The notes: generated from the sequence alone by a model not told the origin. Positions 26,578 through 36,483 are shown, numbered from the stretch's first letter. The stretch is DNA of 64,000 nt from a bacterium BMS3Abin08 (GCA_002897935.1 BDTA01000058.1:5486-69485); one strand, 5' to 3'. A program made the numbers and translations.

Positions 26578-28221
26578 TTATACAACCATTCCGGCCGGTT
26601 TTTCACTCCAGAGCCTCTCTTCTATAGCGCTCAGCAGTGGTGGAAAGGTATTCCTGTCAAGCGCGGAGATGGATACAGCACTGTAAAGCACGGCTATATG
26701 CCCTGCCTCCTCGGGCGGCAGTTTGTCTATCTTGTTAAATACAAGGAGCCTTTCCTTGTCGGAGAGGCCAAGCTCCCTAAGGGTCCGCTCAACCGATTGA
26801 ATATGCAGTTCAAACCCTGGATTGGATGCATCCACCAGTTGAATTAAAAGATCTGCATCATCAAGTTCTTCAAGGGTTGATTTAAAGGCGGACATCAGGT
26901 CTTTCGGCAGGTCCCTGATGAAACCAACCGTGTCTGTTATGATAATCTCCCTCTCCCTCGGGAAACGGAGCCTTCTGCTTGCAGTATCAAGGGTAGCAAA
27001 CATCCTCTTCTCCGTAAAGGTACCGCTTTCCGTGAGGTTGTTAAGCAGGGTGGACTTGCCCGCATTGGTGTATCCTACAATAGAAACAATGGGTATCCCC
27101 CTCTGCACCCTTCTTCTTTTTCTCTGATACCTTGCCTTGGAGAGTTTCTTCAACTCCCGTTCAAGGAGGTGGATCCTGTCACGGACACGCCTTCTGTCTA
27201 TCTCCAGCTTCATCTCACCAGGCCCCCTGCCACCTATTCCACCTGTAAGACGGCTCATTGCCGTTCCCTTTCCCGTGAGCCTCGGGAGCCTGTATTTCAA
27301 CTGTGCCAGCTCAACCTGAACCTTACCATCCCCTGTATGTGCCCTCTTTGCAAATATATCCAGTATCAGTTGTGTCCTGTCTATAACCTTAAGTTCCGTC
27401 AGTTCGGCTATCGCCTTCATCTGTGATGGTGTAAGGTTCTGGTTAAAAATCAGGAGGGTTGCGCCCTTTGAAAGGGCCTCTATTATCAGTTCCCTGAGCC
27501 TTCCCATCCCCATCAGCAGCCTGGGATTCACCACCTTAATTCTCTGAACAACACTACCGAGAACCACCACATCAGCGGACCCGGCAAGCTCGTTCAGCTC
27601 TGCAATTGATTCCTCCTGTTCATGCCTGGGTTTGTTTGAAACACTAATCAGGATCGCCCTCTCCCTCTTGTCATCGGGAGAGATATACCTTAAACGGTCC
27701 ATCTCCTCCTCGACTGATCTGATAAAGGCCTGAAAGTCGAGATGGAAACTGTATACCCTGGCCGGCTCCATTATCTCGTAAGGTCTCTCACTGCTCTCGG
27801 GAAGGAGATAAGCCGCATAAACAGTGTGCGGTAAAGAATCCTTAATCCCCACGGCTATGATGATATCGAACCTCAACAGGGCAAGGTCTGTCATATCATC
27901 AAGATTCAGGGGCTCATTGGAAAGATGGGTATGGATCAGTCTCAGCCCCCTCAATGCCTTTTTGCCGAGGGGAAAGGCCGACAGATCAGGGATAAAGATC
28001 CCCCTGGAGTCACCGATTATTACATGGGTAACCACGCCGGCACGGTTCACAAGGATTGCCACTTGACGGTTAATATGGAGAGACAAATCAGATATGAATC
28101 TTACAATCTCCTGGGTAAAGACTTTTTCAGGCGGGATACGGCGTCTGTATAGCCTTTCGAGGGTTTTGATATCCTGTTTTTTAAGACCTGCTGTATTTCC
28201 AAAAACTGAAGCGATTTCCAT
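26578..28221 (-). CDS. hflX: GTPase HflX (long form)
   Basis: 547 aa. Contains GGIGGRGPGE, the G1 motif GYTNAGKSTLLN, DTVGF, and NKID. Confidence 0.9.
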   Translation of the reverse strand: MEIASVFGNTAGLKKQDIKTLERLYRRRIPPEKVFTQEIVRFISDLSLHINRQVAILVNRAGVVTHVIIGDSRGIFIPDLSAFPLGKKALRGLRLIHTHLSNEPLNLDDMTDLALLRFDIIIAVGIKDSLPHTVYAAYLLPESSERPYEIMEPARVYSFHLDFQAFIRSVEEEMDRLRYISPDDKRERAILISVSNKPRHEQEESIAELNELAGSADVVVLGSVVQRIKVVNPRLLMGMGRLRELIIEALSKGATLLIFNQNLTPSQMKAIAELTELKVIDRTQLILDIFAKRAHTGDGKVQVELAQLKYRLPRLTGKGTAMSRLTGGIGGRGPGEMKLEIDRRRVRDRIHLLERELKKLSKARYQRKRRRVQRGIPIVSIVGYTNAGKSTLLNNLTESGTFTEKRMFATLDTASRRLRFPREREIIITDTVGFIRDLPKDLMSAFKSTLEELDDADLLIQLVDASNPGFELHIQSVERTLRELGLSDKERLLVFNKIDKLPPEEAGHIAVLYSAVSISALDRNTFPPLLSAIEERLWSEKPAGMVV

Positions 28222-28371
28222 TTCCTCCTATATTTATATCTCCTATATTTATATTCTATCACAATACGGAAGATATTTCAGCACATTTATGAAAAAACAC
28301 GGGAGAGCCTCAGATTCGGGAGAATGGAGGGGAGGAACTTGATTCGGGATTCAGGATGACAAAAACGACCG

Positions 28372-28505
28372 TAATTAGAGTCTGTGTATAAACTGTGTTG
28401 TTGTCATTCCCGTGAAAACGGGAATCCAGTAAAATCAAGCGGTTCTGGATTCCGCATCAAGTGCGGAATGACGGAATAGATGAGTTTATACACAGACACT
28501 AATTA
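28372..28505. mobile_element. family-A MITE-like element, copy 1 of a tandem triple
   Basis: TAATTAGAGTCTGTGTATAAACT ... AGTTTATACACAGACACTAATTA. Internal hairpins are cccgtgaaaacggg and ccgcatcaagtgcgg. Confidence 0.75.
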
Positions 28506-28653
28506 GAGTCTGTGTATAAACTGCCGTTTTTTATTTCTGTCATGTCCCGAACGCTTTCGGGATATCCAGAACTTATTGAAAAGACTGGATTCCGGCTTAA
28601 TGACTGCCGGAATGACAGATAGAAGAATTGAGTTTATACACAGTCTCTACTTA
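28500..28653. mobile_element. family-A MITE-like element, copy 2 (shares the TAATTA junction with copy 1)
   Basis: TAATTAGAGTCTGTGTATAAACT ... GAGTTTATACACAGTCTCTACTTA. Internal hairpins are cccgaacgctttcggg and ccggcttaatgactgccgg. Confidence 0.75.
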
Positions 28654-28798
28654 GTGTCTGTGTAAATTACAGTCACTTGTCATTCCCGCAATCCCGAACG
28701 CATTCGGGAGTCGGGAATCCTTCTCAAAGAACGATTCCGGACAAGCCGGAATGACAGAATAACGACAACTGTTCGACTTTATACACAGACTCTAATTA
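28648..28798. mobile_element. family-A MITE-like element, copy 3
   Basis: TACTTAGTGTCTGTGTAAATTAC ... GACTTTATACACAGACTCTAATTA. The interior matches 45899-46039 and 23004-23110. Confidence 0.75.
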
Positions 28799-28927
28799 GT
28801 TCCTGTTGCTGAAGTTTTAATTGTCACCCTGAATTTATTTCAGGGTCTCGCAACTCTTGTTATTATTAGATTCTGAAACAAATTCAGAATGACAGTTTTT
28901 GGATTTTCGTTTTTCCGCAACAGGAAC
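28799..28927. repeat. 129-bp element with 11-bp perfect terminal inverted repeat gttcctgttgc / gcaacaggaac
   Basis: Termini read directly. The interior contains the gtcaccctgaatttatttcagggtctc and attcagaatgac modules shared with family B. Confidence 0.65.
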
Positions 28928-28975
28928 TATTTAAGGGAAAACAATGCAGGTAAGAGGCTATCTCTTGAGCGGAGA

Positions 28976-29179
28976 TTACAATTGAACCTTGCCGAAAGCC
29001 CGACCTTTGGTCCGGGGATGAAGGCAAGGAATGTAATTAATAAATTTTCCTTACAATGTTCTTTGCCGAAAGCACCGAAGTGCTGGAGGCAAATATAAAG
29101 ATAAAACATCAAAACCTTACATTGCTAAGCTGTAAGGTATGCCATTGGCAAGCTCCGGCCTTTGGTCGGAGAGCTTGAC
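28976..29179 (-). repeat. uninterrupted C-short + TAATTA + C-long repeat (reverse orientation); the empty-site allele
   Basis: The reverse complement reads ...cattgtaaggaaaatttatTAATTAcattccttgccttcatcc..., so the two C halves are contiguous with a single TAATTA at 29034-29039. Confidence 0.8.
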
Positions 29180-29265
29180 AAAATTCCCGGCGCCCTTAGA
29201 AAAAGAGGAAGGGGAAACCGGACGTTTCCCCTTCCTCTCCTATGTTATATTTCACCGGTTACGTT

Positions 29266-31317
29266 TTACAGTAAAGCGATCAGAGGAGCAATAACGAGAG
29301 ATACAACACTCATAAGTTTGATAAGTATATTCATTGAAGGACCGGAAGTGTCCTTGAATGGATCTCCAACAGTGTCCCCAACAACCGCAGCCTTATGGGC
29401 ATCCGATCCCTTACCTCCGAGATTCCCCTTCTCAATATACTTCTTGGCGTTGTCCCATGCGCCACCACCATTGGACATCATCAGGGCAAGCATCACACCT
29501 GTCGCTGTAGCTCCGGCAAGCATACCTCCAAGGGCTGCCGGCCCTAGGACAAAACCTATCACGACAGGGCTTATAACTGCAGTCAGCCCAGGCACTATCA
29601 TCTCTTTAAGGGCGGCTGTTGTGCTGATATCAACACATTTCTTGGAGTCCGGCTTCACGCCGGGCTTTCCTTCGAGAAGCCCCGGGATCTCTTTAAACTG
29701 ACGTCTTATCTCATTCACCATCTTGAAGGCTGCCCTTCCCACAGCAGTCATGGTGAGGGCGGCAATAAAGAACGGTAAGACCGCACCTATGAGTAGCCCT
29801 ATCACAACCAGTGGGTCTGTAAGGATAATGGTCAGGTGTTGCATCCCCTCGGCCGCTCTTTTTGCATTTACACTCTGTGTATAAGCTGAGAAAAGGGCAA
29901 GGGCGGTGAGGGCTGCAGAACCTATAGCAAAACCCTTTCCGATAGCTGCAGTAGTGTTACCAAGTGCATCAAGGCTATCGGTTATCTCTCTTGTATCCTC
30001 GCCAAGCCCGGCCATCTCGGAGATACCACCGGCATTATCTGCAATAGGACCATAGGCATCAACACTCATGGTGATACCTATGGTACCCAGCATGCCGACT
30101 GCAGCGATACCGATACCATAGAGTCCTGCAACCAGGTCAGCCACATAGATCGCAGCACAGATACCAAGCACAGGAAGTGCCGTACTCCCAAACCCGACAG
30201 CAAGACCTGTGATAATATTTGTTCCAGCCCCTGTCAGACTTGCTTCTGCTATTCTCCTGATAGGCTTGCCGGAGGTATAATATTCGGTGAGAAGACCGAT
30301 AACTATTCCACCGAAACAACCTGCCACGACTGCCCAGAAGACACCATTATTTACATCCATGGACGAGACTGCAAAATATGAGATGACAAGGAATATAGCG
30401 GCAGCTATAAATGTTGAGTATCTGAGGGCTGCTGCAGGGTCCATCTTCTCAAGTATCCTCATTGCGACGATACCGAGCACAGAGGCGACAATACCCACCA
30501 CTGCAAGGAGTACGGGAAGGGCCATCAGATGTAGTGCAGACCCGAGACCGGCAACCTTTGAACCTGCTACCAATCCCGCGGTAGCCCCTATAGCAATGGT
30601 TGCAATTATGGAATTCACATAAGATTCAAAGAGGTCGGCACCCATACCTGCAACATCACCCACATTGTCACCCACATTGTCCGCAATAACACCGGGGTTA
30701 CGGGGGTCGTCCTCCGGAATACCCGCCTCAAGCTTACCAACAAGGTCGGCACCAACATCAGCAGCCTTTGTATAGATACCACCACCGACACGCATAAACA
30801 GCGCTATAGATGATGCACCCATACCAAAGGCATTAATGACAAATGCAGTCTGGGGGTTGCGGGCATACAGATAATAAAATATACCCACTCCAATGAGACC
30901 GACTCCAGCCACTGAAAGTCCCATAACTGCGCCACCATTGAAGGCGACAGAGAGTGCCTTTGCCGTATCAGGCTTATATCTGTTGGCAGCCTCAGCAGTT
31001 CTGGTATTCGCCCTTGTGGCGGCGTTCATACCAAGGTATCCGGCTGCTATTGAGCATAGAGCGCCTGATAGGAATGCAACGGCTGAAGGAAGCCCGAGAT
31101 AAAGATACATGGCAATGAAGACGATGACCACAAAGATAGAAAGGATCGAATACTGCCTCTTGAGGTAGGTCATTGCACCTTCGTGTATCATTGCCCCTAT
31201 CTCCCGCATGACCTCGTTACCGGCAGGCTTCTTGGCAACTGCTGCAAGCAGGAACAGTGCTATAATCACTCCAGCGGCACCGAACAGGGGAGCAAAATTA
31301 GTTAAACCTTCCATCAA
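29266..31317 (-). CDS. hppA: membrane-integral pyrophosphate-energised ion pump (K+-dependent-type signature)
   Basis: 683 aa. Contains the DNVGDNVGD motif (present as [23 protein letters not shown]), [21 protein letters not shown] and [12 protein letters not shown]. The GNTTAA form (Ala rather than Lys) is the K+-dependent signature. Confidence 0.9.
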   Translation of the reverse strand: MMEGLTNFAPLFGAAGVIIALFLLAAVAKKPAGNEVMREIGAMIHEGAMTYLKRQYSILSIFVVIVFIAMYLYLGLPSAVAFLSGALCSIAAGYLGMNAATRANTRTAEAANRYKPDTAKALSVAFNGGAVMGLSVAGVGLIGVGIFYYLYARNPQTAFVINAFGMGASSIALFMRVGGGIYTKAADVGADLVGKLEAGIPEDDPRNPGVIADNVGDNVGDVAGMGADLFESYVNSIIATIAIGATAGLVAGSKVAGLGSALHLMALPVLLAVVGIVASVLGIVAMRILEKMDPAAALRYSTFIAAAIFLVISYFAVSSMDVNNGVFWAVVAGCFGGIVIGLLTEYYTSGKPIRRIAEASLTGAGTNIITGLAVGFGSTALPVLGICAAIYVADLVAGLYGIGIAAVGMLGTIGITMSVDAYGPIADNAGGISEMAGLGEDTREITDSLDALGNTTAAIGKGFAIGSAALTALALFSAYTQSVNAKRAAEGMQHLTIILTDPLVVIGLLIGAVLPFFIAALTMTAVGRAAFKMVNEIRRQFKEIPGLLEGKPGVKPDSKKCVDISTTAALKEMIVPGLTAVISPVVIGFVLGPAALGGMLAGATATGVMLALMMSNGGGAWDNAKKYIEKGNLGGKGSDAHKAAVVGDTVGDPFKDTSGPSMNILIKLMSVVSLVIAPLIALL

Positions 31318-31479
31318 TCATACCTCCTTAGAGATTTTTAATATATTAAGGATTTTAATATATTCCGGCAAAATGCCTTAACTTTTTATCTGAACAACTA
31401 TCTCTATTAATCTCTTATGTATCCTGACTGAATATACCCGTCGGAAATGTACTCCTTCAGGATATCCTGTGCCTGCATA

Positions 31480-32592
31480 CTATTGCACGTCCCAGTTTCT
31501 CATTTTGGCGAATGTTATGGCAAGTGTCCTGTATCCCATGTGAGCAAGCTTGGAATAGGGAAAGTACACTATGATATAGAAAACAAAAGTCAGGTGAATG
31601 AGGTACATTGGATACGCAAGTGATGCCATATCAGCGAGTCTTATCAGCTCTGTCAGCAGCCCTGTAATGGCAATCAACAGCACCATGACTATAAAGGTCC
31701 AGTCGAATGAGGATGTCTTGGAGTTGATACCCTTGTCCTTCAATCTGTTGGCTACAATCAAGAGAATCCCGACAAGAAGCGATAAGGCGCTGAGATTCCC
31801 GAGCCACTTCATGGGATCGGCAAGTGATATAGGTGAATGACGATTGAAGGCATAGTAGTAAACCGTTATCCAGAGAGTGGTGATAAAGAGTCCCACAAAA
31901 CCATAAAACACAAGCATATGGCCATTTTTCCTGTCGGCATTTGCCTCACATTTCTCGAATTTCTTGTGGAACAGGAATTCCTTGACGGTATCTATAAATG
32001 CGGGACCGAATGTCTTCAGATAGGGGGTTTCGGTTCCCTCATTGAGGTTTTGCCAAAACCTGTTGAGACTCACCGCATAGCCGATACTTGCAAGTCCCAC
32101 GGCCGCCAAAAAAAGGATCTCAATATAGGGGATGGGAAAAAAATGGGAATAGACTATCCTCCCCTCAGGGATTTGGAGATGGCCGGTCAGACCAAGAATC
32201 ACAAGGAAAAACACAAAGGGGATCACAAGAGACAGGATGGTCAACCCGGGATTCGTCACCAGATTCCCCATAACCCTGGGGAATGCATTATCCTTGATAA
32301 CACCCTGCCTCAAGGCACCCAGGACATCACCGGGGCTTGCTCCTCTCGGGCAGTATTTCGAGCAGTCATTACAGTTATGACATGTCCATATGTCGGGGCT
32401 GGAAAACAGTTCATCCTTCAGACCCCACTGGGCCATAATCATCTGCTTTCTCGGAAAGGGGTTATCATCGGGCGAAATCGGGCAAACCACGGAACATGTG
32501 GCGCACTGATAACACTTCTTCAGAGACTCGCCTCCTGAATTCATTATTTTCTTAACAAATTCTAAATCAGGTTTAATAATCTTTTCCGTCAT
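31480..32592 (-). CDS. qmoC: QmoC, membrane subunit of the quinone-interacting membrane-bound oxidoreductase (HdrC-like ferredoxin domain + cytochrome b domain)
   Basis: 370 aa. Two 4Fe-4S motifs (CYQCATCSVVCP and CHNCNDCSKYCP) are followed by about 6 TM helices. Synteny with qmoA and qmoB. Confidence 0.85.
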   Translation of the reverse strand: MTEKIIKPDLEFVKKIMNSGGESLKKCYQCATCSVVCPISPDDNPFPRKQMIMAQWGLKDELFSSPDIWTCHNCNDCSKYCPRGASPGDVLGALRQGVIKDNAFPRVMGNLVTNPGLTILSLVIPFVFFLVILGLTGHLQIPEGRIVYSHFFPIPYIEILFLAAVGLASIGYAVSLNRFWQNLNEGTETPYLKTFGPAFIDTVKEFLFHKKFEKCEANADRKNGHMLVFYGFVGLFITTLWITVYYYAFNRHSPISLADPMKWLGNLSALSLLVGILLIVANRLKDKGINSKTSSFDWTFIVMVLLIAITGLLTELIRLADMASLAYPMYLIHLTFVFYIIVYFPYSKLAHMGYRTLAITFAKMRNWDVQ

Positions 32593-32628
32593 TTACTCCT
32601 CCTCATTTAAAATTCAAATATCAAAATG

Positions 32629-32782
32629 CAAAATTGATGCACTCGTAAAAAGTCCTGATTGTCACCCTGAACTTGTTTCAGGGTCTCATAACTTCTTGAT
32701 TTATATAGCTTTCCCGAAGTTAATTCGGGATTCAGAATGACAGAATAGGGTATTTCTGATTTTTTACGAGACTGTCAAAATT
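32629..32782. mobile_element. family-B MITE-like element inside the qmoB-qmoC spacer
   Basis: CAAAATT-gatgcactcgtaaaaag ... ttttttacgagactgt-CAAAATT. Near-identical (in reverse orientation, apart from a roughly 50-bp insertion) to 52482-52684. Confidence 0.7.
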
Positions 32783-32837
32783 ATGGAATTTATTTTAATT
32801 AAAAAATTTCCTCAATTCTAATTTTTGAATTTTTTAT

Positions 32838-35042
32838 TTAGAATCCCTTATACGGGTTAGGGCCGAACCCCTCCAATCTTTCCAAAAACTCATCTAATAT
32901 CCGCGGTATTTTGTAATATTCGGAGATAGATACCTGTTCCATCTGGACCCTTCCAGACTCGAGCTTTAGTCTGTCAAGTGTTTCTGAAACCTTTGACAAT
33001 CTGATTTTCGCCAGGTGGCTTCCTGTAGCCATATGGCACTGGTAATCATCGCCATATTGACATCCCAGAATGAGTATACCGTCAATACCCTTTGAAAGGG
33101 CATCAGCCACCCATACCAGGTTCATTGAGCCTGCACATCTCAGAGGTATTACCCTAACGAAAGAATTATACTGGAGTCTGTTAAGTCCAACCATGTCCAG
33201 CGCCGGATAGGCATCATTTTCACAGGCAAAAACTATTATCCTCGGCTTTTCCTCCTCTTCTTCAGGAACCTCTATATTTTTTACCATATTTCCGATCATA
33301 TCAACTGAATAATTCTTAAAGGACATGATTCTCTCAGGACATGCACCCATACAGATCCCGCATCTCCTGCATCGCGTCGGGTTATAAAGCGGGTTTGCCT
33401 TTTCATCCTCATTGATTGCCCCGAAGGGACATTCCTCCGTGCATCTTTTGCACTGAGTGCATTTTTGCAGAAAGATATCTATATAGGATGTATCTCCGAC
33501 CCTCGGATGCACTGCCTCTCCCCTTGATGTTAATTCAACACACTGGATTGCCTTAAGTGCTGCGCCTGTGGCGTCTGTTACGGTTGAAGGAATATCCATA
33601 GGAGCCCTTACAGAACCGGCAGCGTAAACACCTGTTCTTCGGGTTTCATATGGGAAACAGATGAAGTTGGAATCAGGATAACCATTAATGAGAACCGGCA
33701 CCTCTCCTCCCTGTCTGTATTCGAGATTTAAGATGTCTGTTTCAATCATAACATATGGAATGAACTCATCCCCTGGTTTTACTCCTGGTGGAAGTACTTC
33801 CTCTCCCAATGCGGTTACAGGAACCATACCCGTGGCAAGAACAACAAGGTCAGCATTCACACTGATTTTTTCACCAAGGAGGGTATTTTCTACTTCTACC
33901 ACAAGGTCCTTATTTTCATCCTCTGTAATGCCTATAACATCTCCTTTTGTCAGGAATACCCCTGGGTCATTCTGCATACTCTTATAAAAATATTCATAAT
34001 GACCGGGTGTCCTCATGTCTTTATAAAATATGTAAGCCTTTGAATCAGGGTCCTGAAGCCTTATGTATTTTGCCTGCTTGAGAGACTCGACACAGCAGGT
34101 TGCTGAACAATAAGGCAGATGATTCTCATCCCTTTGCCCGGCGCACTGGATGAAGGCAACGCTTTTGACAGGCTTGCCATCAGAGGGACGCACCATTTTC
34201 CCTTTTGCAGCCATATCCTCCATCATATAGTTCGTTATTACATTGGGATATTTCCCAAAACCGAGATTGGTAATTTTTGTTGCATCATAAGGCACTGTAC
34301 CGGCAGCCTCAACTATAGCGCCAACTCTAAATGTCTCAGCGCCTCCATTTCGTTTGACAGTGACATCATACAAACCCGGGGCGCCATCTATCTTCTCAAT
34401 TAATGAAGATGTATAAATCTTAACCTTTGGATTCTGTTGAATCTCTTTGATTAGGTTATTAATTACCGGCTCTTCCATCTCTGCATAAGGAGGCTTCGTA
34501 GGAGGTTGTTTGTAAATTTTGGACATCCATCCGCCGAGGGATTCGTTCTTTTCTACTAAGAAGACATCATAACCTGCCTTAGCTGCCTCATTGGCAGCAG
34601 TGATTCCAGCCAGTCCGCCGCCAACAATCAGAACATTCTTAGAGGGCTCCTCTACCTTATAGGGTTCTGGTGCCTCCATCTTCTGCATCTTAAGAATGCC
34701 CATTCTAATATAGTCTTCAGCCATCATCTGTGTATCTTCATCATTAGGTGGGTGAGACCAGACAACCCCTTCCCTTAAATTTACCCTTTCCACAAGCGGG
34801 ATACCGAGATCAAAGACATCATAATTTACGCGTAGCGAACAGGCGGCAATTATAACTGCATTAACGCCTTCTTGAGCCATATCTTTTTTTATGAATTCCA
34901 CACCTTCCTTCTGACACAGCGATGGATGGGTCTTGACAAGAGGGACCTTCATTTCGGCAGCAACCTTTGCTAATTCGTCTAGGTTGATGGCATTCCCTAT
35001 TTCACAATCTGTACAGATATATAGTCCTATCTTTTTCTCCAT
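32838..35042 (-). CDS. qmoB: QmoB (HdrA-like flavoprotein with ferredoxin and MvhD-like domains)
   Basis: 734 aa. FAD motif VGGGLAGITAA, CxxCxxCxxxCP pairs (CTQCKRCTEECP and CRRCGICMGACP), and a C-terminal MvhD-like region (FACENDAY...LRCAGS). Confidence 0.9.
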   Translation of the reverse strand: MEKKIGLYICTDCEIGNAINLDELAKVAAEMKVPLVKTHPSLCQKEGVEFIKKDMAQEGVNAVIIAACSLRVNYDVFDLGIPLVERVNLREGVVWSHPPNDEDTQMMAEDYIRMGILKMQKMEAPEPYKVEEPSKNVLIVGGGLAGITAANEAAKAGYDVFLVEKNESLGGWMSKIYKQPPTKPPYAEMEEPVINNLIKEIQQNPKVKIYTSSLIEKIDGAPGLYDVTVKRNGGAETFRVGAIVEAAGTVPYDATKITNLGFGKYPNVITNYMMEDMAAKGKMVRPSDGKPVKSVAFIQCAGQRDENHLPYCSATCCVESLKQAKYIRLQDPDSKAYIFYKDMRTPGHYEYFYKSMQNDPGVFLTKGDVIGITEDENKDLVVEVENTLLGEKISVNADLVVLATGMVPVTALGEEVLPPGVKPGDEFIPYVMIETDILNLEYRQGGEVPVLINGYPDSNFICFPYETRRTGVYAAGSVRAPMDIPSTVTDATGAALKAIQCVELTSRGEAVHPRVGDTSYIDIFLQKCTQCKRCTEECPFGAINEDEKANPLYNPTRCRRCGICMGACPERIMSFKNYSVDMIGNMVKNIEVPEEEEEKPRIIVFACENDAYPALDMVGLNRLQYNSFVRVIPLRCAGSMNLVWVADALSKGIDGILILGCQYGDDYQCHMATGSHLAKIRLSKVSETLDRLKLESGRVQMEQVSISEYYKIPRILDEFLERLEGFGPNPYKGF

Positions 35043-35045
35043 GAT

Positions 35046-36311
35046 TTACCTCCTCACCAAAGATTGAATTGACTTAAGGGCTGCTGCTGCAGCAGTCTGG
35101 GCAGATGAGTAGACATCAATCGGCTTTATAGCGCAACCAGCAGCATACACTCCGGGCATACCGGTATTTGATAGGACAAAACCATCAGTATCACAAGATA
35201 CGCTTGAGGGGATTTTGCATTCTTGCGTGCTTGGAGCCATACCGGTGGCAAGTACAACAAGGTTAACCTTTTCACAAATCTTATCCCCTATAAGCGTATC
35301 TTCTGCGGTAACTGTAAGATCCTTTGTAGCAGGGTCTTCCTCAATCTTTGCAACCTTACCTTTAATAAAGTTTATATTTTCATCCTGCTGAATCTTTTTA
35401 TAAAACCTTTCATATCTCGTTCCAGGCGAACGAATGTCAATATAAAATACAAATATCTGTGCCTTAGGATATTGCTCCCGCACATAGGTCGCCTCCTTCA
35501 TAGAGGCCAGGCAGCAAATGTAAGAACAGTAAGGAAGATGGTTCTCATCGCGGGAACCGGCGCACTGGACAAAGGCCACCCTTAAGGGCTCCTTTCCATC
35601 GGAGGGTCGAAGGATTTTACCATTAGTAGGGCCATTTTGAGAGGCCAGTCTCTCCATCATCATATTTGTTACGACGTTTTGATATTTCCCGAATCCAAGA
35701 TTATCAATCTTCGCGGCATCATAAGGCTTCCAACCGGTGGCCCAGACAATAGAGCCTGTTTTTAAAGAAATACTCTCAGGCTTCATATTCAGGTCAATAG
35801 CGTTATATGTGCAAGCATCTAAACATTTGGTACATTTCTCTTTAGTGCAATATTTGTCATCAATAACATATCTCAATGGAAAGGCAAACTCATGAGGGAG
35901 ATAGATAGCCTTTGTCTTATTCATACCAAAATTGAAATCATTTGGTCTTTCTACAGGACATGCCTTAACACACTCCCCGCAGGCAGTACACCTTTCATTC
36001 ACAAAGCGAGGATTAAGCTTCACTGTTACATCAAAGTTTCCTTCTGAACCAGAGAGCTTTTCTACTTCTGCTAAGGTGTAAATTTTAACCCTCGGATTGT
36101 TCTTGATTCTTCTATAATTTATCTCAAGTCCGCAATTAGGCGGGCATAATTTCGGGAAATACTTATTAAGCTGTGTTACCCTGCCACCAAGATAGGGATT
36201 CTTCTCAATAAGCGTGACCTCATACCCAACCTCGGCTGCTTCCACCGCGGTGGTTATTCCACTTATTCCTCCACCTACAACCATTATGTTTTTTGTCTTT
36301 TCCAATGCCAT
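35046..36311 (-). CDS. qmoA: QmoA (HdrA-like flavoprotein)
   Basis: Contains VVGGGISGITTAVEAAEVGYEVTLIEK and CTACGECVKACP. Start moved to the ATG at 36311, which has the RBS tggaggaaataac; the track ATG at 36344 has no RBS. Confidence 0.9.
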   Translation of the reverse strand: MALEKTKNIMVVGGGISGITTAVEAAEVGYEVTLIEKNPYLGGRVTQLNKYFPKLCPPNCGLEINYRRIKNNPRVKIYTLAEVEKLSGSEGNFDVTVKLNPRFVNERCTACGECVKACPVERPNDFNFGMNKTKAIYLPHEFAFPLRYVIDDKYCTKEKCTKCLDACTYNAIDLNMKPESISLKTGSIVWATGWKPYDAAKIDNLGFGKYQNVVTNMMMERLASQNGPTNGKILRPSDGKEPLRVAFVQCAGSRDENHLPYCSYICCLASMKEATYVREQYPKAQIFVFYIDIRSPGTRYERFYKKIQQDENINFIKGKVAKIEEDPATKDLTVTAEDTLIGDKICEKVNLVVLATGMAPSTQECKIPSSVSCDTDGFVLSNTGMPGVYAAGCAIKPIDVYSSAQTAAAAALKSIQSLVRR

Positions 36312-36483
36312 GTTATTTCCTCCATAAATATTATTATTCCCCATAAACTTTAAACTTTAAAGTTTATCAATATACGATATATATGTATCAACCTAAACTT
36401 TTAAATAAACTAATAAATTTAATAAATCCAACCTCCTTGACCACAGGGTATTCCCCGACACTTCTCGGAAGTGCGGGGTATTC

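Noticed and set aside
28225-28254. Perfect 15-bp tandem duplication ctcctatatttatat x2 covering the hflX Shine-Dalgarno region (and a similar gattttt(t)aatatatt x2 at 31333-31364 before hppA)
   Set aside because: Both are real as sequence features, but I see no basis for a function beyond a slippage duplication in an AT-rich leader. Noted for completeness rather than as a finding.
28372-28798. CRISPR array hypothesis for the regularly spaced gtcattcc...ggaatgac / tttatacac repeats (also 57153-57455 and 58173-58398)
   Set aside because: The units are 135-155 bp elements with terminal inverted repeats. The supposed spacers are themselves conserved between loci. Copies occur singly and in both orientations, and no cas genes or leader are present.
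31837-32538. 233-aa plus-strand ORF
   Set aside because: Antisense to qmoC. It has no RBS or family signature, while the minus-strand frame carries the HdrC-type cysteine motifs and TM helices.
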